The notes beneath the pieces were generated by a model. That model was not told the DNA's origin. It was given only the letters and a program-made list of their open reading frames with translations, and did not search any database. The translations under genes were made by a program, and so were the position numbers. This document shows, piece after piece, positions 36,138-47,306 of a stretch of 64,000 nucleotides of DNA (positions are counted from its first letter, which is position 1; every line of letters begins with the position of its first letter). Source of the stretch: Ignavibacteria bacterium (GTDB taxonomy: Bacteria; Bacteroidota; Ignavibacteria; Tepidaquicellales; OLB5); the NCBI GenBank assembly GCA_017303675.1, contig JAFLBX010000002.1:1204488-1268487 (forward strand), written 5' to 3'.

Positions 36138-36530
36138 TCAAAGAACAAACCTTTTAAGTCCGTTTTTCAATAGAGTTACATTGAAGTTGATTAACAAACC
36201 CAAATTGCATTTAATCAATTTCATGTGAGTTAGAATTTGAGCCGGATCAATAGGTGAAAATGCTCTAACTGCTTTTAACTCAACAATCAATCTATCTTCA
36301 ATAAACAGATCTGCTCTATAAGCAACATCGATAACAACATCATAATATTTAACTGGAACAGGCTTCTGCCTTTCAGCTTTTAAACCGGCTTTGATCAATT
36401 CATAAAACAAGCAAGCCTCATAAACTGATTCAAGGAGTCCGGGACCTAGTTCTTTATGAACCTTTATAGCCAGTCCTATAACTAATTCAGTAAGTTCATT
36501 ATCTGTTAGTATTTTTTTCTGGTCGTGCAT
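36138..36530 (-). CDS. GxxExxY protein (PD-(D/E)XK nuclease-like fold family)
   Basis: 130 aa with the eponymous motif in GPGLLESVYE and later DLFIEDRLIVELKAV, typical of this family. Confidence 0.85.
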   Translation of the reverse strand: MHDQKKILTDNELTELVIGLAIKVHKELGPGLLESVYEACLFYELIKAGLKAERQKPVPVKYYDVVIDVAYRADLFIEDRLIVELKAVRAFSPIDPAQILTHMKLIKCNLGLLINFNVTLLKNGLKRFVL

Positions 36531-36558
36531 TTATGTTTTTACGAAGTTCTGTTTTTTT

Positions 36559-36728
36559 ACCACAGAGAGCACAGAGGCCACGGAGGGCCTTACCGTTAAT
36601 CTGGCAATCACTTGTGACCTGAAAAAACTCTTAAAAAATAAATTTTCATTAAAACTGATTAAGCTAAAGTTGTTTTAAATTTCAAAATGATCCAATATTT
36701 TCTCTGTGTACTCTGTGTCCTCTGTGGT
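36559..36728 (+). repeat. MITE-like element, copy B (ACCACAGAGAGCACAGAGGCCACGGAGGG ... TCTCTGTGTACTCTGTGTCCTCTGTGGT)
   Basis: Same orientation as copy A. The flanking similarity continues about 18 nt past the right terminus (TTWATRCTTTTG..TTCGC). Confidence 0.7.
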
Positions 36729-36753
36729 TAATGCTTTTGTTTCGCAATCCACA

Positions 36754-38145
36754 TCAAAATATCTTGCCCGGATTTAAAATATTATTCGGGTCGAAGGTTT
36801 TTTTGATATTACGCATAAGTCCGAGCTCTGCTTCTGATATTGCTATAGGCAGGTATGACTTTTGAGAATAACCTATACCATGCTCACCGGATATCATTCC
36901 ATCAAGCGATACAGTAAGCGTGAAAATTTCACGTATTGCTTTATCCAGGTTCTCTTCCCAGCTTTTTTCATCAAGCTTATCCTTTAAAATATTTACATGT
37001 ATATTACCATCCCCTGAGTGTCCGTAACAGATAGTGGTTATTCCGTAACGTGCTGAAATTTCCTTAACTCCCCGGATAAGCTTTGTCATATTAGCCCTTG
37101 GGACAACTGTATCTTCTTCCTTATAGGCTGAAATTGACTTCACCGCTTCGCCTATTCCGCGCCTGAGTGACCACACATCCTGTACCTTCTGTTCATCTTC
37201 GGCAAGCACCATATCAAGCGGGTTGAACTCTTCAACTACTTCTGCAATTTGTTCTATATCCTTATCCAGCAGTTCGGGGTAGTTGCCGTCAACTTCTATG
37301 AAAAGCTGCGCTTCAGCATCGCTGTTGGGGAATTTTTTATTCTGCCGCTCTTCTGCTGCACGGACTGCTGCTTTTTCCATGAACTCAATTGCCGAAGGCG
37401 TTATCCCCCTCTGGAAGATCCTTGCAACCGCATCGGTTGCATCTTCAAGCGTACCGAAAGCAGCAAGTATAACTTTTTTGTACTTTGGTAAAGGTATCAG
37501 TCTGAAATTTATTTTTGTTATTACAGCAAGTGTACCTTCGCTGCCAACAATAAGCTGCGTTAAATTGTAGCCGGTAACATTCTTTAATACCCTCCCGCCG
37601 GTGTTAATAATTTCACCTGTGGGCAGCACGGCTTCAAGACCCAGCACGTAATCTTTGGTAACCCCATATTTTACAGCCCTTGGACCCCCGGAACACTCCG
37701 CCAGATTGCCGCCTAAATGACAGGAACCTCTTGAAGCCGGGTCAGGCGGGTAGAACAGCCCAAGCTTTTCGACTTCTTCCTGGAACACCTGAGTGATAAC
37801 ACCTGGCTGAACTGTTGCCTGGAAATTCTGAGTATCGATATTAATTATTTTATTGAAGCGTACCATACTGAGGCAGATACCGCCGTGAACCGGCAAGGCT
37901 CCACCTGAGAGTCCGGTTCCCCCGCCTCTTGGAGTAACGGGAATATTATACTCATTGGCAATTTTAAAAATAACTGAAATCTGCTCGGCGCTAACAGGCT
38001 TAACAATTATTTCCGGGGGAAAGCTGAGATCTTCGGTTTCATCTTTTGAATGGAGCTTAAGGGATTCATCATCGCTTAATATATTTTCGCTTCCAACAAT
38101 TCCGGAAAGCATTTCTATGATCTGTGGAGTTACCTTGCTGTACAT
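36754..38145 (-). CDS. FAD-linked oxidase (GlcD / D-lactate dehydrogenase family)
   Basis: 463 aa with FAD-binding PRGGGTGLSGGA and the C-terminal GEHGIG block. Confidence 0.88.
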   Translation of the reverse strand: MYSKVTPQIIEMLSGIVGSENILSDDESLKLHSKDETEDLSFPPEIIVKPVSAEQISVIFKIANEYNIPVTPRGGGTGLSGGALPVHGGICLSMVRFNKIINIDTQNFQATVQPGVITQVFQEEVEKLGLFYPPDPASRGSCHLGGNLAECSGGPRAVKYGVTKDYVLGLEAVLPTGEIINTGGRVLKNVTGYNLTQLIVGSEGTLAVITKINFRLIPLPKYKKVILAAFGTLEDATDAVARIFQRGITPSAIEFMEKAAVRAAEERQNKKFPNSDAEAQLFIEVDGNYPELLDKDIEQIAEVVEEFNPLDMVLAEDEQKVQDVWSLRRGIGEAVKSISAYKEEDTVVPRANMTKLIRGVKEISARYGITTICYGHSGDGNIHVNILKDKLDEKSWEENLDKAIREIFTLTVSLDGMISGEHGIGYSQKSYLPIAISEAELGLMRNIKKTFDPNNILNPGKIF

Positions 38146-39024
38146 TTAAGCTCCGCGTGAAAGTTTATGTATGGCAATAAGCTTCTTCAGCAAAGCCGGT
38201 ATCTTATCAAGCTTTAACATACTGCTTGCATCGCTTAATGCTTTTGCGGGATTTGGATGTGTTTCAATAAATATTCCGTTTATTCCGACTGCTACCGCTG
38301 CTTTTGCAAGCGGCTCGATGAATTCCGGATTGCCCCCGGAAACACCGCCTTCTTTGGAAGGCATTTGCACTGAATGTGTAGCATCGTAAATTACGGGACA
38401 GCCGAATTTTTTCATTATTTCAAGCGAGCGCATATCAACAACAAGATTATTATAACCGAATGTTGAGCCGCGTTCAGTAACCATAACCTTGCTGTTGCCT
38501 GCTGCGGTAACTTTTTTGTACTGGTACAGCATATCTTCAGGTGCAAGGAACTGGCCTTTTTTGATATTCACTATCCTCCCGGTTTCCGCAGCAGCTTCCA
38601 GCAGCTCGGTTTGCCTGCAAAGAAAAGCAGGTATCTGCAGTACATCTGCATATTCAGCAGCAATTTCCGCTTCAATTTCTGAATGTACATCTGTAAGTAC
38701 GGGTATATTAAGCTTTTGGCGTATATTACCCAGGATATCGAGTGATTCCATCACACCAATTGAACGAAATGACGAACCGCTTGTCCTATTGGCTTTTTTA
38801 TATGATGCCTTGAAAATAAACGGCATATTCAGACGGGCTGTAATATCTTTCAGCCTTTTGGCAATTTCAAAAGTTATCTTTTCTGTTTCAACTACGCATG
38901 GACCTGCAATTAAAAAAAGATCTTTGGTGTTATTTAAAGTAAAGGTCTTTGAACCGTTAGTGATCTTTATATCCTGCTTTTTTAACAGCGGTTTAGCTGA
39001 TTTGCTGCCGGGTTTATTCTTCAA
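38146..39024 (-). CDS. kdsA: 3-deoxy-8-phosphooctulonate (KDO-8-P) synthase
   Basis: 292 aa with AGPCVVE, FKASYKKANRTS and DATHSVQ blocks. The stop abuts the glcD-like start (TAAATG). Confidence 0.9.
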   Translation of the reverse strand: MKNKPGSKSAKPLLKKQDIKITNGSKTFTLNNTKDLFLIAGPCVVETEKITFEIAKRLKDITARLNMPFIFKASYKKANRTSGSSFRSIGVMESLDILGNIRQKLNIPVLTDVHSEIEAEIAAEYADVLQIPAFLCRQTELLEAAAETGRIVNIKKGQFLAPEDMLYQYKKVTAAGNSKVMVTERGSTFGYNNLVVDMRSLEIMKKFGCPVIYDATHSVQMPSKEGGVSGGNPEFIEPLAKAAVAVGINGIFIETHPNPAKALSDASSMLKLDKIPALLKKLIAIHKLSRGA

Positions 39025-39173
39025 TGTATTCTTATTTTAGACCCAAAATTAAAGATTATTCGCTATTTTAACAACGCAATTTATTTTGCGATAACCCTTA
39101 TATAGGGATTGTTTTTACAAACTTAGTTCATTAAAATAACATTCATTCATCACATAATTAGTAAAAAGTTAAT

Positions 39174-39821
39174 ATGAAAAAATTAATTTTATTAACAGTA
39201 TTTTTTGCCCTCTCAGCATCAGTTTTTGCACAAACATCTGATTCACTTAAGCCCAAAGTTAAATTCAGAAAAGAACCGCAGAACAGCTGGTCAATTAATT
39301 TAACATTTTCTGATAACGGATTTGGACTTGGAGCTACCAAATACTTTAATTTATCAAGGGATATTTCTCTTCAGGCAGGTATATTATTTTCAGGAGCTAA
39401 GGATGACAGGGAATTTGAACAGTCTGATTTTTTTGGAAATTCAGTTACACCATTCAAGGTAAACAGGCTTTTTATGTTCCCGGTTTTAAATATAGGTATG
39501 CAGTACAGGCTGTTCAGGGATGAAGTCACCTCTGATATGAGACCGTTTATAAATTTCGGTGTATCACCGGCTGCAATTGTTTACACTCCGTATAATGAAT
39601 CATTTTTTTCAAGCTTCAAATATGCAAGAGCCAAGTATACACTTGGCGGATACGCCGGTGTTGGCCTGGATTACATGACAAGCCGTACCTCGGGTCTCAG
39701 CTTTAACCTTCGCTACTATTATTTAAGATTATTCGGGGAGGGTATTCAGAGTATATCCACCGCTGAGATGAAAAGCTTCGGGGGGATATTTTTTGTTTTC
39801 AGCTATAATTTTGTGAAGTAA
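39174..39821 (+). CDS. Small outer-membrane beta-barrel protein
   Basis: 215 aa with a signal peptide, alternating strand pattern and aromatic-rich C-terminus FFVFSYNFVK. Confidence 0.55.
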   Translation: MKKLILLTVFFALSASVFAQTSDSLKPKVKFRKEPQNSWSINLTFSDNGFGLGATKYFNLSRDISLQAGILFSGAKDDREFEQSDFFGNSVTPFKVNRLFMFPVLNIGMQYRLFRDEVTSDMRPFINFGVSPAAIVYTPYNESFFSSFKYARAKYTLGGYAGVGLDYMTSRTSGLSFNLRYYYLRLFGEGIQSISTAEMKSFGGIFFVFSYNFVK

Positions 39822-39894
39822 GAGAATTTTGAGTTTAAAAGAAATACTTAATTAAAAGCTCAGATTCAAAAAGATTTGTTGAACATTTTCTAAA

Positions 39895-39916
39895 GATTCC
39901 TACCTTCGCAGGAATC
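39895..39916. repeat. Hairpin GATTCCT-ACCTTCGC-AGGAATC
   Basis: Read directly in the convergent spacer between the OMP gene and ligA. Confidence 0.5.
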
Positions 39917-39967
39917 ACAAAAAAAGAGAATGTTTACCTTTTTAAGGCGGTCACAGTGCTTCTTTTT

Positions 39968-40009
39968 GTCTTTTTACTTTTGTCTTTTTACTTTTGTCTT
40001 TTTACTTTT
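39968..40009 (+). repeat. Tandem 14-mer GTCTTTTTACTTTT x3
   Basis: Three exact units ending 3 nt before the ligA stop codon (40013-40015, minus strand). Confidence 0.85.
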
Positions 40010-40012
40010 GCC

Positions 40013-42034
<2,022 letters not shown>

Positions 42035-42068
42035 TCAGGAGTTTAGTTCAAAGCATCCCCAAATAAGC

Positions 42069-43001
42069 TTACTGCGGCTGGATGCCTTCTTTGGTTATTA
42101 TGAGATTTTTAATGGAAGAACCCGGTGTGATACCGGATTTTTTAAGGTATTTGCCGTTTAAGTACAGGTCTACATTCTGGCTGGTATTTGCGCTGAAACG
42201 GAATTTATCTTTAGCGGTAAAAACAATTGAATCTTTGGCTGAAATATTCTCATCATAAGGTTCTGCGCCGTCATCAATATAAAGCTTAATTTTAATATCC
42301 TTAACAGCTTTTATTACAAGAGTAAGCGAATCCATAGCCGCCAGGGTCTTAAGTGAATCCTTGATCCTTGCAGAATCAACAAGCTTGCTGTTTATTTTAT
42401 TTTCATAATCACTGGAGATCTCGTTGAATGTTTTAGGCTTAACATCACTTTTTTTATCTCCGCTGTTATTCAGATAATCTATGAGGAAATATATGCCTAC
42501 GCCAATTGCTGCAATAAGTACACCCAGTAAAATTTTCTGGGTTATCGATCTGTTTGAAAATTCCGGTGAGCTGTCTTCATAAGATCTTTCTGCCTTTGGC
42601 TTCATGTAGTCAGGCTTATCCTGCTCAATACTTTTTGAATAAACCGGTTCATCGCCGGTTTCATCTTCTTTTTTTACCGGGTGATCTAAAACAGAAATGC
42701 GCAGCTTTGAATCAGGTGCGCTGATATCCTTGGCATCATCGGTTGCAAATTTCCTTCTAGCATAGAAACCTGCTTTAGCTTTATCGTAATCGTTAAGTAT
42801 CTGGTTTTCATTTTCGTTAAGGGCTCTGGCATATGCTTTAATGAATGAACGGATATATGTTTCAGGCTGGAAATCAAAATTGCCGGCTTCAAGCTGCTGC
42901 AGGAATTTGGTATTAATTCTGCTTTCTGCGGATATTTCAGCTATTGAAATACCTTTTAGCTCGCGCAGTTTTTTCAGATCCAGTCCAAATTCCTTAAGCA
43001 T
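42069..43001 (-). CDS. RodZ-like cytoskeleton protein (HTH + TM + DUF4115-like C-terminal domain)
   Basis: 310 aa with an N-terminal XRE-type HTH (LRELKGISIAEISAESRINTKFLQQLE), a single TM helix and a beta-rich C-terminal domain. Confidence 0.7.
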   Translation of the reverse strand: MLKEFGLDLKKLRELKGISIAEISAESRINTKFLQQLEAGNFDFQPETYIRSFIKAYARALNENENQILNDYDKAKAGFYARRKFATDDAKDISAPDSKLRISVLDHPVKKEDETGDEPVYSKSIEQDKPDYMKPKAERSYEDSSPEFSNRSITQKILLGVLIAAIGVGIYFLIDYLNNSGDKKSDVKPKTFNEISSDYENKINSKLVDSARIKDSLKTLAAMDSLTLVIKAVKDIKIKLYIDDGAEPYDENISAKDSIVFTAKDKFRFSANTSQNVDLYLNGKYLKKSGITPGSSIKNLIITKEGIQPQ

Positions 43002-43235
43002 TCATTACTTTTGATGGAGTTTAAAAAATATCAATTTGGTAAAAATAACGCAACTTTATTTTAATTTCAATTGATTAATTGAGAAAATCGTTACTTTTAA
43101 AGAATTTTTTCAGGTTACCTAATTACCTTTTCCTCAGGATAATTTTTATTCGATCTGACAAAATACCAATGCAGAATAAACGATATAATTTAATAAATTG
43201 AATAACATATCAAAAACAGGTATATTTACAGATTA

Positions 43236-44189
43236 ATGCTTAATTTTTATAGATTATCTCAGGATTATTTAAAATTCACAGGAAATGAAAGGCTTGATCT
43301 TATTAACAGGCTTTCAACTAACCTGGTAAAACCGGCCGGCAAATTTCAATATGTTAATACTGTTTTAACATCCGATAAAGGAAGATTTATAGACCTGCTT
43401 GGGATTTTTGATCTTGGAGATCTGGTTTTCGCAGAATGTTCTTTTAGGAATTCGGCAAATGTCATTACTCACCTTGAAAAGTATACTATAATGGATGACT
43501 TTAATGCTGAGAATTTAAGCGGCTCTCATGAAGCTGTACTTTTTATCGGCAATAATGCAGCATCTTTTTTAGAAGATATAACCGGGATTAAAGTTTCTGA
43601 ACAGGGAGAAAATGTATTTTCAGTTACAGCATCACATGATGCCATAATTGTTAAAAATAATAATGCTGCGGGCGGCTTCAAATTCATTTATTCATTAAAT
43701 GATAAAGCATACTGGGATTCAGTTCTATTTACCCCTGAAAACTTCAGTAAATATACGCTAAAAGAATTAAGTGATAATGAATATGAAACCTTAAGAGTTG
43801 AGCTTGGGATACCGGCATTTGGTAAAGAAATGAGCGACCTGACAAATCCGCTTGAATGCGGCATGGAAAGATTTGTAAACTTCACAAAAGGATGTTACAT
43901 AGGGCAGGAAGTTATTGCAAGACTTGATGCATATGACAAAATAAGCAAACACCTTATCGGCCTGAGGCTTGATTCACAGGATAAAGTATTGTCTGAAGCT
44001 TCCGGGAAGATATATATAGAGGGCAAAGAATGCGGCTTTATTACAAGCTCTGCATATTCAGAAAAATTCGGAAGCATAGCATTAGGATTTGTAAAAACTA
44101 TTTTTTTGAACTACGATAAAACTTATTTAATAAAAATTAATGAAAGCAGCATTGAGTGCAAACTTACCAGGCTGCCTTTTACAATGTAA
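43236..44189 (+). CDS. YgfZ/GcvT-like folate-binding protein
   Basis: 317 aa with the hallmark KGCYIGQEVIARL motif. Confidence 0.8.
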   Translation: MLNFYRLSQDYLKFTGNERLDLINRLSTNLVKPAGKFQYVNTVLTSDKGRFIDLLGIFDLGDLVFAECSFRNSANVITHLEKYTIMDDFNAENLSGSHEAVLFIGNNAASFLEDITGIKVSEQGENVFSVTASHDAIIVKNNNAAGGFKFIYSLNDKAYWDSVLFTPENFSKYTLKELSDNEYETLRVELGIPAFGKEMSDLTNPLECGMERFVNFTKGCYIGQEVIARLDAYDKISKHLIGLRLDSQDKVLSEASGKIYIEGKECGFITSSAYSEKFGSIALGFVKTIFLNYDKTYLIKINESSIECKLTRLPFTM

Positions 44190-44216
44190 ATATATAACAG
44201 CAGGAGAGATACTACA

Positions 44217-45278
44217 ATGGCAGTAAATATTAAAGAACTATTGGGAAGCGATGCATCGCTTCTTGAACATAAATGCGAAACTATTTCCAAAGATGAACTT
44301 CATTTACCAGGTCCCGATTTTGTTGACCGGATCTGGAAGGATTCAGACCGCTCACCTCAGGTTTTAAGGAATATGCAGACTATTTTTAACGCAGGCAGGC
44401 TTAAAGGCACAGGATATTTATCAATTTTACCCGTTGACCAGGGAATTGAACATTCTGCAGGAGCATCTTTTTCACCAAATCCAATATATTTTGACCCTGA
44501 AAATATCGTAAAGCTGGCAATTGAAGGCGAGTGCAACGCAGTAGCTTCTACGCTTGGAGTTCTCGGTTCTGTTTCCCGTAAATATGCGCATAAAATTCCT
44601 TTTGTGCTTAAAATTAATCACAATGAATTCCTTTCATACCCCAATAAATATGACCAGATACTTTTTGCCAGTGTTGAGCAGGCTTATAACATGGGTGCAG
44701 CAGCAATTGGTGCTACAATTTATTTCGGCAGTGATGAATCAGCAAGACAGATTCAGGAAATATCCGCAGCATTCCAGTATGCGCATGAATTCGGAATGGT
44801 TACTATATTATGGTGCTATTTAAGGAATTCAGCATTTAATGTGAAGGGCGATAAAGACTATCACGTTTCTGCTGATCTAACCGGACAGGCAAACCACTTA
44901 GGTGTTACCATTGGCGCAGATATTATAAAACAGAAAATGCCTGAAAACAACGGCGGTTACAATGCTCTGAAATTCGGTAAAACCAGCAAGCTGGTTTATG
45001 ATAAGCTTTCAAGCGATAACCCGATTGACCTGACACGTTACCAGGTTGCAAACTGCTATATGGGCAGATGCGGGCTTATCAATTCAGGCGGCGCTTCAAC
45101 AGGCAAGGGCGATTCTGACCTGAAGGAAGCAGTTAAAACTGCAGTTATTAATAAACGCGCAGGCGGTATGGGACTTATTTCAGGCAGAAAAGCTTTCCAG
45201 AAACCTATGAAAGACGGTGTTGAATTACTGCATGCAATACAGGATGTTTATATTGATAAAGATGTAACCATTGCTTAG
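44217..45278 (+). CDS. fbaB: Class I fructose-bisphosphate aldolase (FbaB/DhnA type)
   Basis: 353 aa, collinear by eye with E. coli FbaB along its whole length ([50 protein letters not shown]). Confidence 0.92.
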   Translation: MAVNIKELLGSDASLLEHKCETISKDELHLPGPDFVDRIWKDSDRSPQVLRNMQTIFNAGRLKGTGYLSILPVDQGIEHSAGASFSPNPIYFDPENIVKLAIEGECNAVASTLGVLGSVSRKYAHKIPFVLKINHNEFLSYPNKYDQILFASVEQAYNMGAAAIGATIYFGSDESARQIQEISAAFQYAHEFGMVTILWCYLRNSAFNVKGDKDYHVSADLTGQANHLGVTIGADIIKQKMPENNGGYNALKFGKTSKLVYDKLSSDNPIDLTRYQVANCYMGRCGLINSGGASTGKGDSDLKEAVKTAVINKRAGGMGLISGRKAFQKPMKDGVELLHAIQDVYIDKDVTIA

Positions 45279-45308
45279 AATAATTTTTTTATAAACCATA
45301 AAATTAAA

Positions 45309-45410
45309 ATGAACAAAAAATTAAAAAAAGTAGCAGGCAAACACAGGAAAAAACAGGCAAAAGCTAAAGCAAAAATAAAAGAATCAAAAGCTAAAGCAAC
45401 CAAAAAATAA
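45309..45410 (+). CDS. 33-codon Lys-rich small ORF whose stop overlaps the downstream start codon
   Basis: Own translation: MNKKLKKVAGKHRKKQAKAKAKIKESKAKATKK. The TAA stop shares its last A with the ATG of the EamA gene (TAATG). It is below the ORF-track length cutoff. Confidence 0.35.
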   Translation: MNKKLKKVAGKHRKKQAKAKAKIKESKAKATKK

Positions 45411-46291
45411 TGAAAAACATTATGCTGCTGGTGTTTATAACACTGGCAGCAACTTTTACACCCATATTTGCCAAGCTAAGTGTTGCAGAAATATCCCCGC
45501 TTTCGCTGGGATTTTTCCGTTTTTCACTTGCAGCAGTCTTGTTTTATTTAACATTAAAATTCCGGAAGCTAAACCTTAAATTCGAAAAAAAAGATTATCC
45601 AAGGTTAATACTGCTGGCTTTGCTTTGCATTCCGCTAAACCAGTTCTTTTTCTTAAGCGGCATCAAGCTTTCATATGCATCGCATAGCGGAATAATATAT
45701 TCATTAAACCCTGTTTATGCTTATGTAATCGCTGTAATTTTCCGATATGAAAAATTCTATTATTCCAAGCTGTTTTCAATATTGTTGACTGTCGCAGGTA
45801 TCTTTTTTATATTTTACGAGGGCTTAACGCAGGCGAATGTTGACAGCAGCGTTATTAAAGGGGATATTCTGCTTTTGTTCGCTGTTTTGACTTTTTCGAT
45901 GTACCTTACATTAGGCAAAAAAACCATTGAAAAATACGGCGCACTTAAAACTTCTACGTTCGTTTTTTTGGCTGGAAGCGTTTTTTACATTCCCCTTTTT
46001 ATATACGATCTTCCGAATTTTACGCTTGAAAACTTAACTTACAAAGGGATAATTGGGTTTATATACCTTTCTGTTGTTGTTGCATACCTGGCTTATTTTG
46101 TATGGTACTATGCTTTGCGGAGCATTGCCGTAAGCAAGCTTACAACACTCTCAAATATTTCTCCACTGCTTACGGTTTTATTTTCTATTATATTTCTTGG
46201 TGAGTATATTTCTTTATATTTCATTATAGGTTCAGTAATAACACTTCTTGGAGTGTTTATTATGCACCGTGTCAGCATCGATATTTCATAA
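45410..46291 (+). CDS. EamA/DMT-superfamily transporter
   Basis: 293 aa with ten hydrophobic helices in two EamA-like halves. Confidence 0.85.
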   Translation: MKNIMLLVFITLAATFTPIFAKLSVAEISPLSLGFFRFSLAAVLFYLTLKFRKLNLKFEKKDYPRLILLALLCIPLNQFFFLSGIKLSYASHSGIIYSLNPVYAYVIAVIFRYEKFYYSKLFSILLTVAGIFFIFYEGLTQANVDSSVIKGDILLLFAVLTFSMYLTLGKKTIEKYGALKTSTFVFLAGSVFYIPLFIYDLPNFTLENLTYKGIIGFIYLSVVVAYLAYFVWYYALRSIAVSKLTTLSNISPLLTVLFSIIFLGEYISLYFIIGSVITLLGVFIMHRVSIDIS

Positions 46292-47300
46292 CGAATTTCT
46301 TATTAAATTGGAAGAAAAAAGATTAAATATAGGTTTAGCAGGCTGCGGCCATCTTGGGAAGATCCATTCAAAATTAATAAATGAAATCACTCTCACTGAT
46401 CCCCGTGTTAACTTTATGGGTATTTATGACCTGGATAAAAGCATAGCAGAATCAGTGAGTTCCCAATACAGCGTAAAGGCATATGAATCACTTGACGCAA
46501 TGCTTTCAGAAATAAATACCCTTGTAATAGTGACGCCAACTTCAACACATTATGAAACTGCTGTAAAAGCTCTTGAAAAGAATATAAATATTTTCATAGA
46601 AAAGCCTGTTACCAGCTCGCTGAAAGAAGCAGAGTCATTGATACAAAAAGCTGAAGGCAAGCAGGTAAAGATACAGGTCGGGCATGTTGAAAGGTTTAAC
46701 CCCGCTTTGGTTGCGCTTGATAAATTCGAGATCAAGCCTATGTTCATTGAATCACACAGGCTTTCACAGTTCAATCCGCGCGGTACAGATGTATCTGTGA
46801 TACAGGACCTGATGATACATGATATTGATATTATACTTCATCTTGCTAAATCAAAAGTAAAGAAAATTGATGCTAACGGTGTTGCTGTCATATCAGATGA
46901 AATAGATATTGCAAATGCGCGCTTAACGCTTGAAAGCGGATGTGTTGCTAATTTAACTTCCAGCAGAATTTCACTGAAAAAAATGAGAAAAATGAGAATT
47001 TTTCAGAACAATGCTTATATTTCAGTGGATTTTCTTAACAACAAATCAGAAGTTTTCAGGCTAACAGGTAAAGATACAGAAACCTCAGGCATGACATTCG
47101 ATATTTCTGATACAAAAAAAATAGTATATGATGAACCAAAACCTGATAACCCGGAAAATATCAACCCTATAAAGAATGAGCTTGAATCGTTCTTCAGCAG
47201 CATTATAAATAATCAGCCGGTAAAAGTAACTTTAAGCGCCGGCAAAGAAGCTGTCGAAGTTGCCGATAAGATCATACAGATAATTAAAGAAGGAAATTAA
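46248..47300 (+). CDS. Gfo/Idh/MocA-family NAD(P)-dependent oxidoreductase
   Basis: Rossmann motif IGLAGCGHLG, then the EKP block (IFIEKPV). The true start probably lies downstream of 46248, which overlaps the EamA gene. Confidence 0.8.
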   Translation: MECLLCTVSASIFHNEFLIKLEEKRLNIGLAGCGHLGKIHSKLINEITLTDPRVNFMGIYDLDKSIAESVSSQYSVKAYESLDAMLSEINTLVIVTPTSTHYETAVKALEKNINIFIEKPVTSSLKEAESLIQKAEGKQVKIQVGHVERFNPALVALDKFEIKPMFIESHRLSQFNPRGTDVSVIQDLMIHDIDIILHLAKSKVKKIDANGVAVISDEIDIANARLTLESGCVANLTSSRISLKKMRKMRIFQNNAYISVDFLNNKSEVFRLTGKDTETSGMTFDISDTKKIVYDEPKPDNPENINPIKNELESFFSSIINNQPVKVTLSAGKEAVEVADKIIQIIKEGN

Positions 47301-47306
47301 CAGCAA

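Noticed and set aside
38489-39040. 183-aa plus-strand ORF
   Set aside because: It is antisense to kdsA, which has unambiguous KDO-8-P synthase motifs, and has the S/A/I-rich composition typical of shadow frames.
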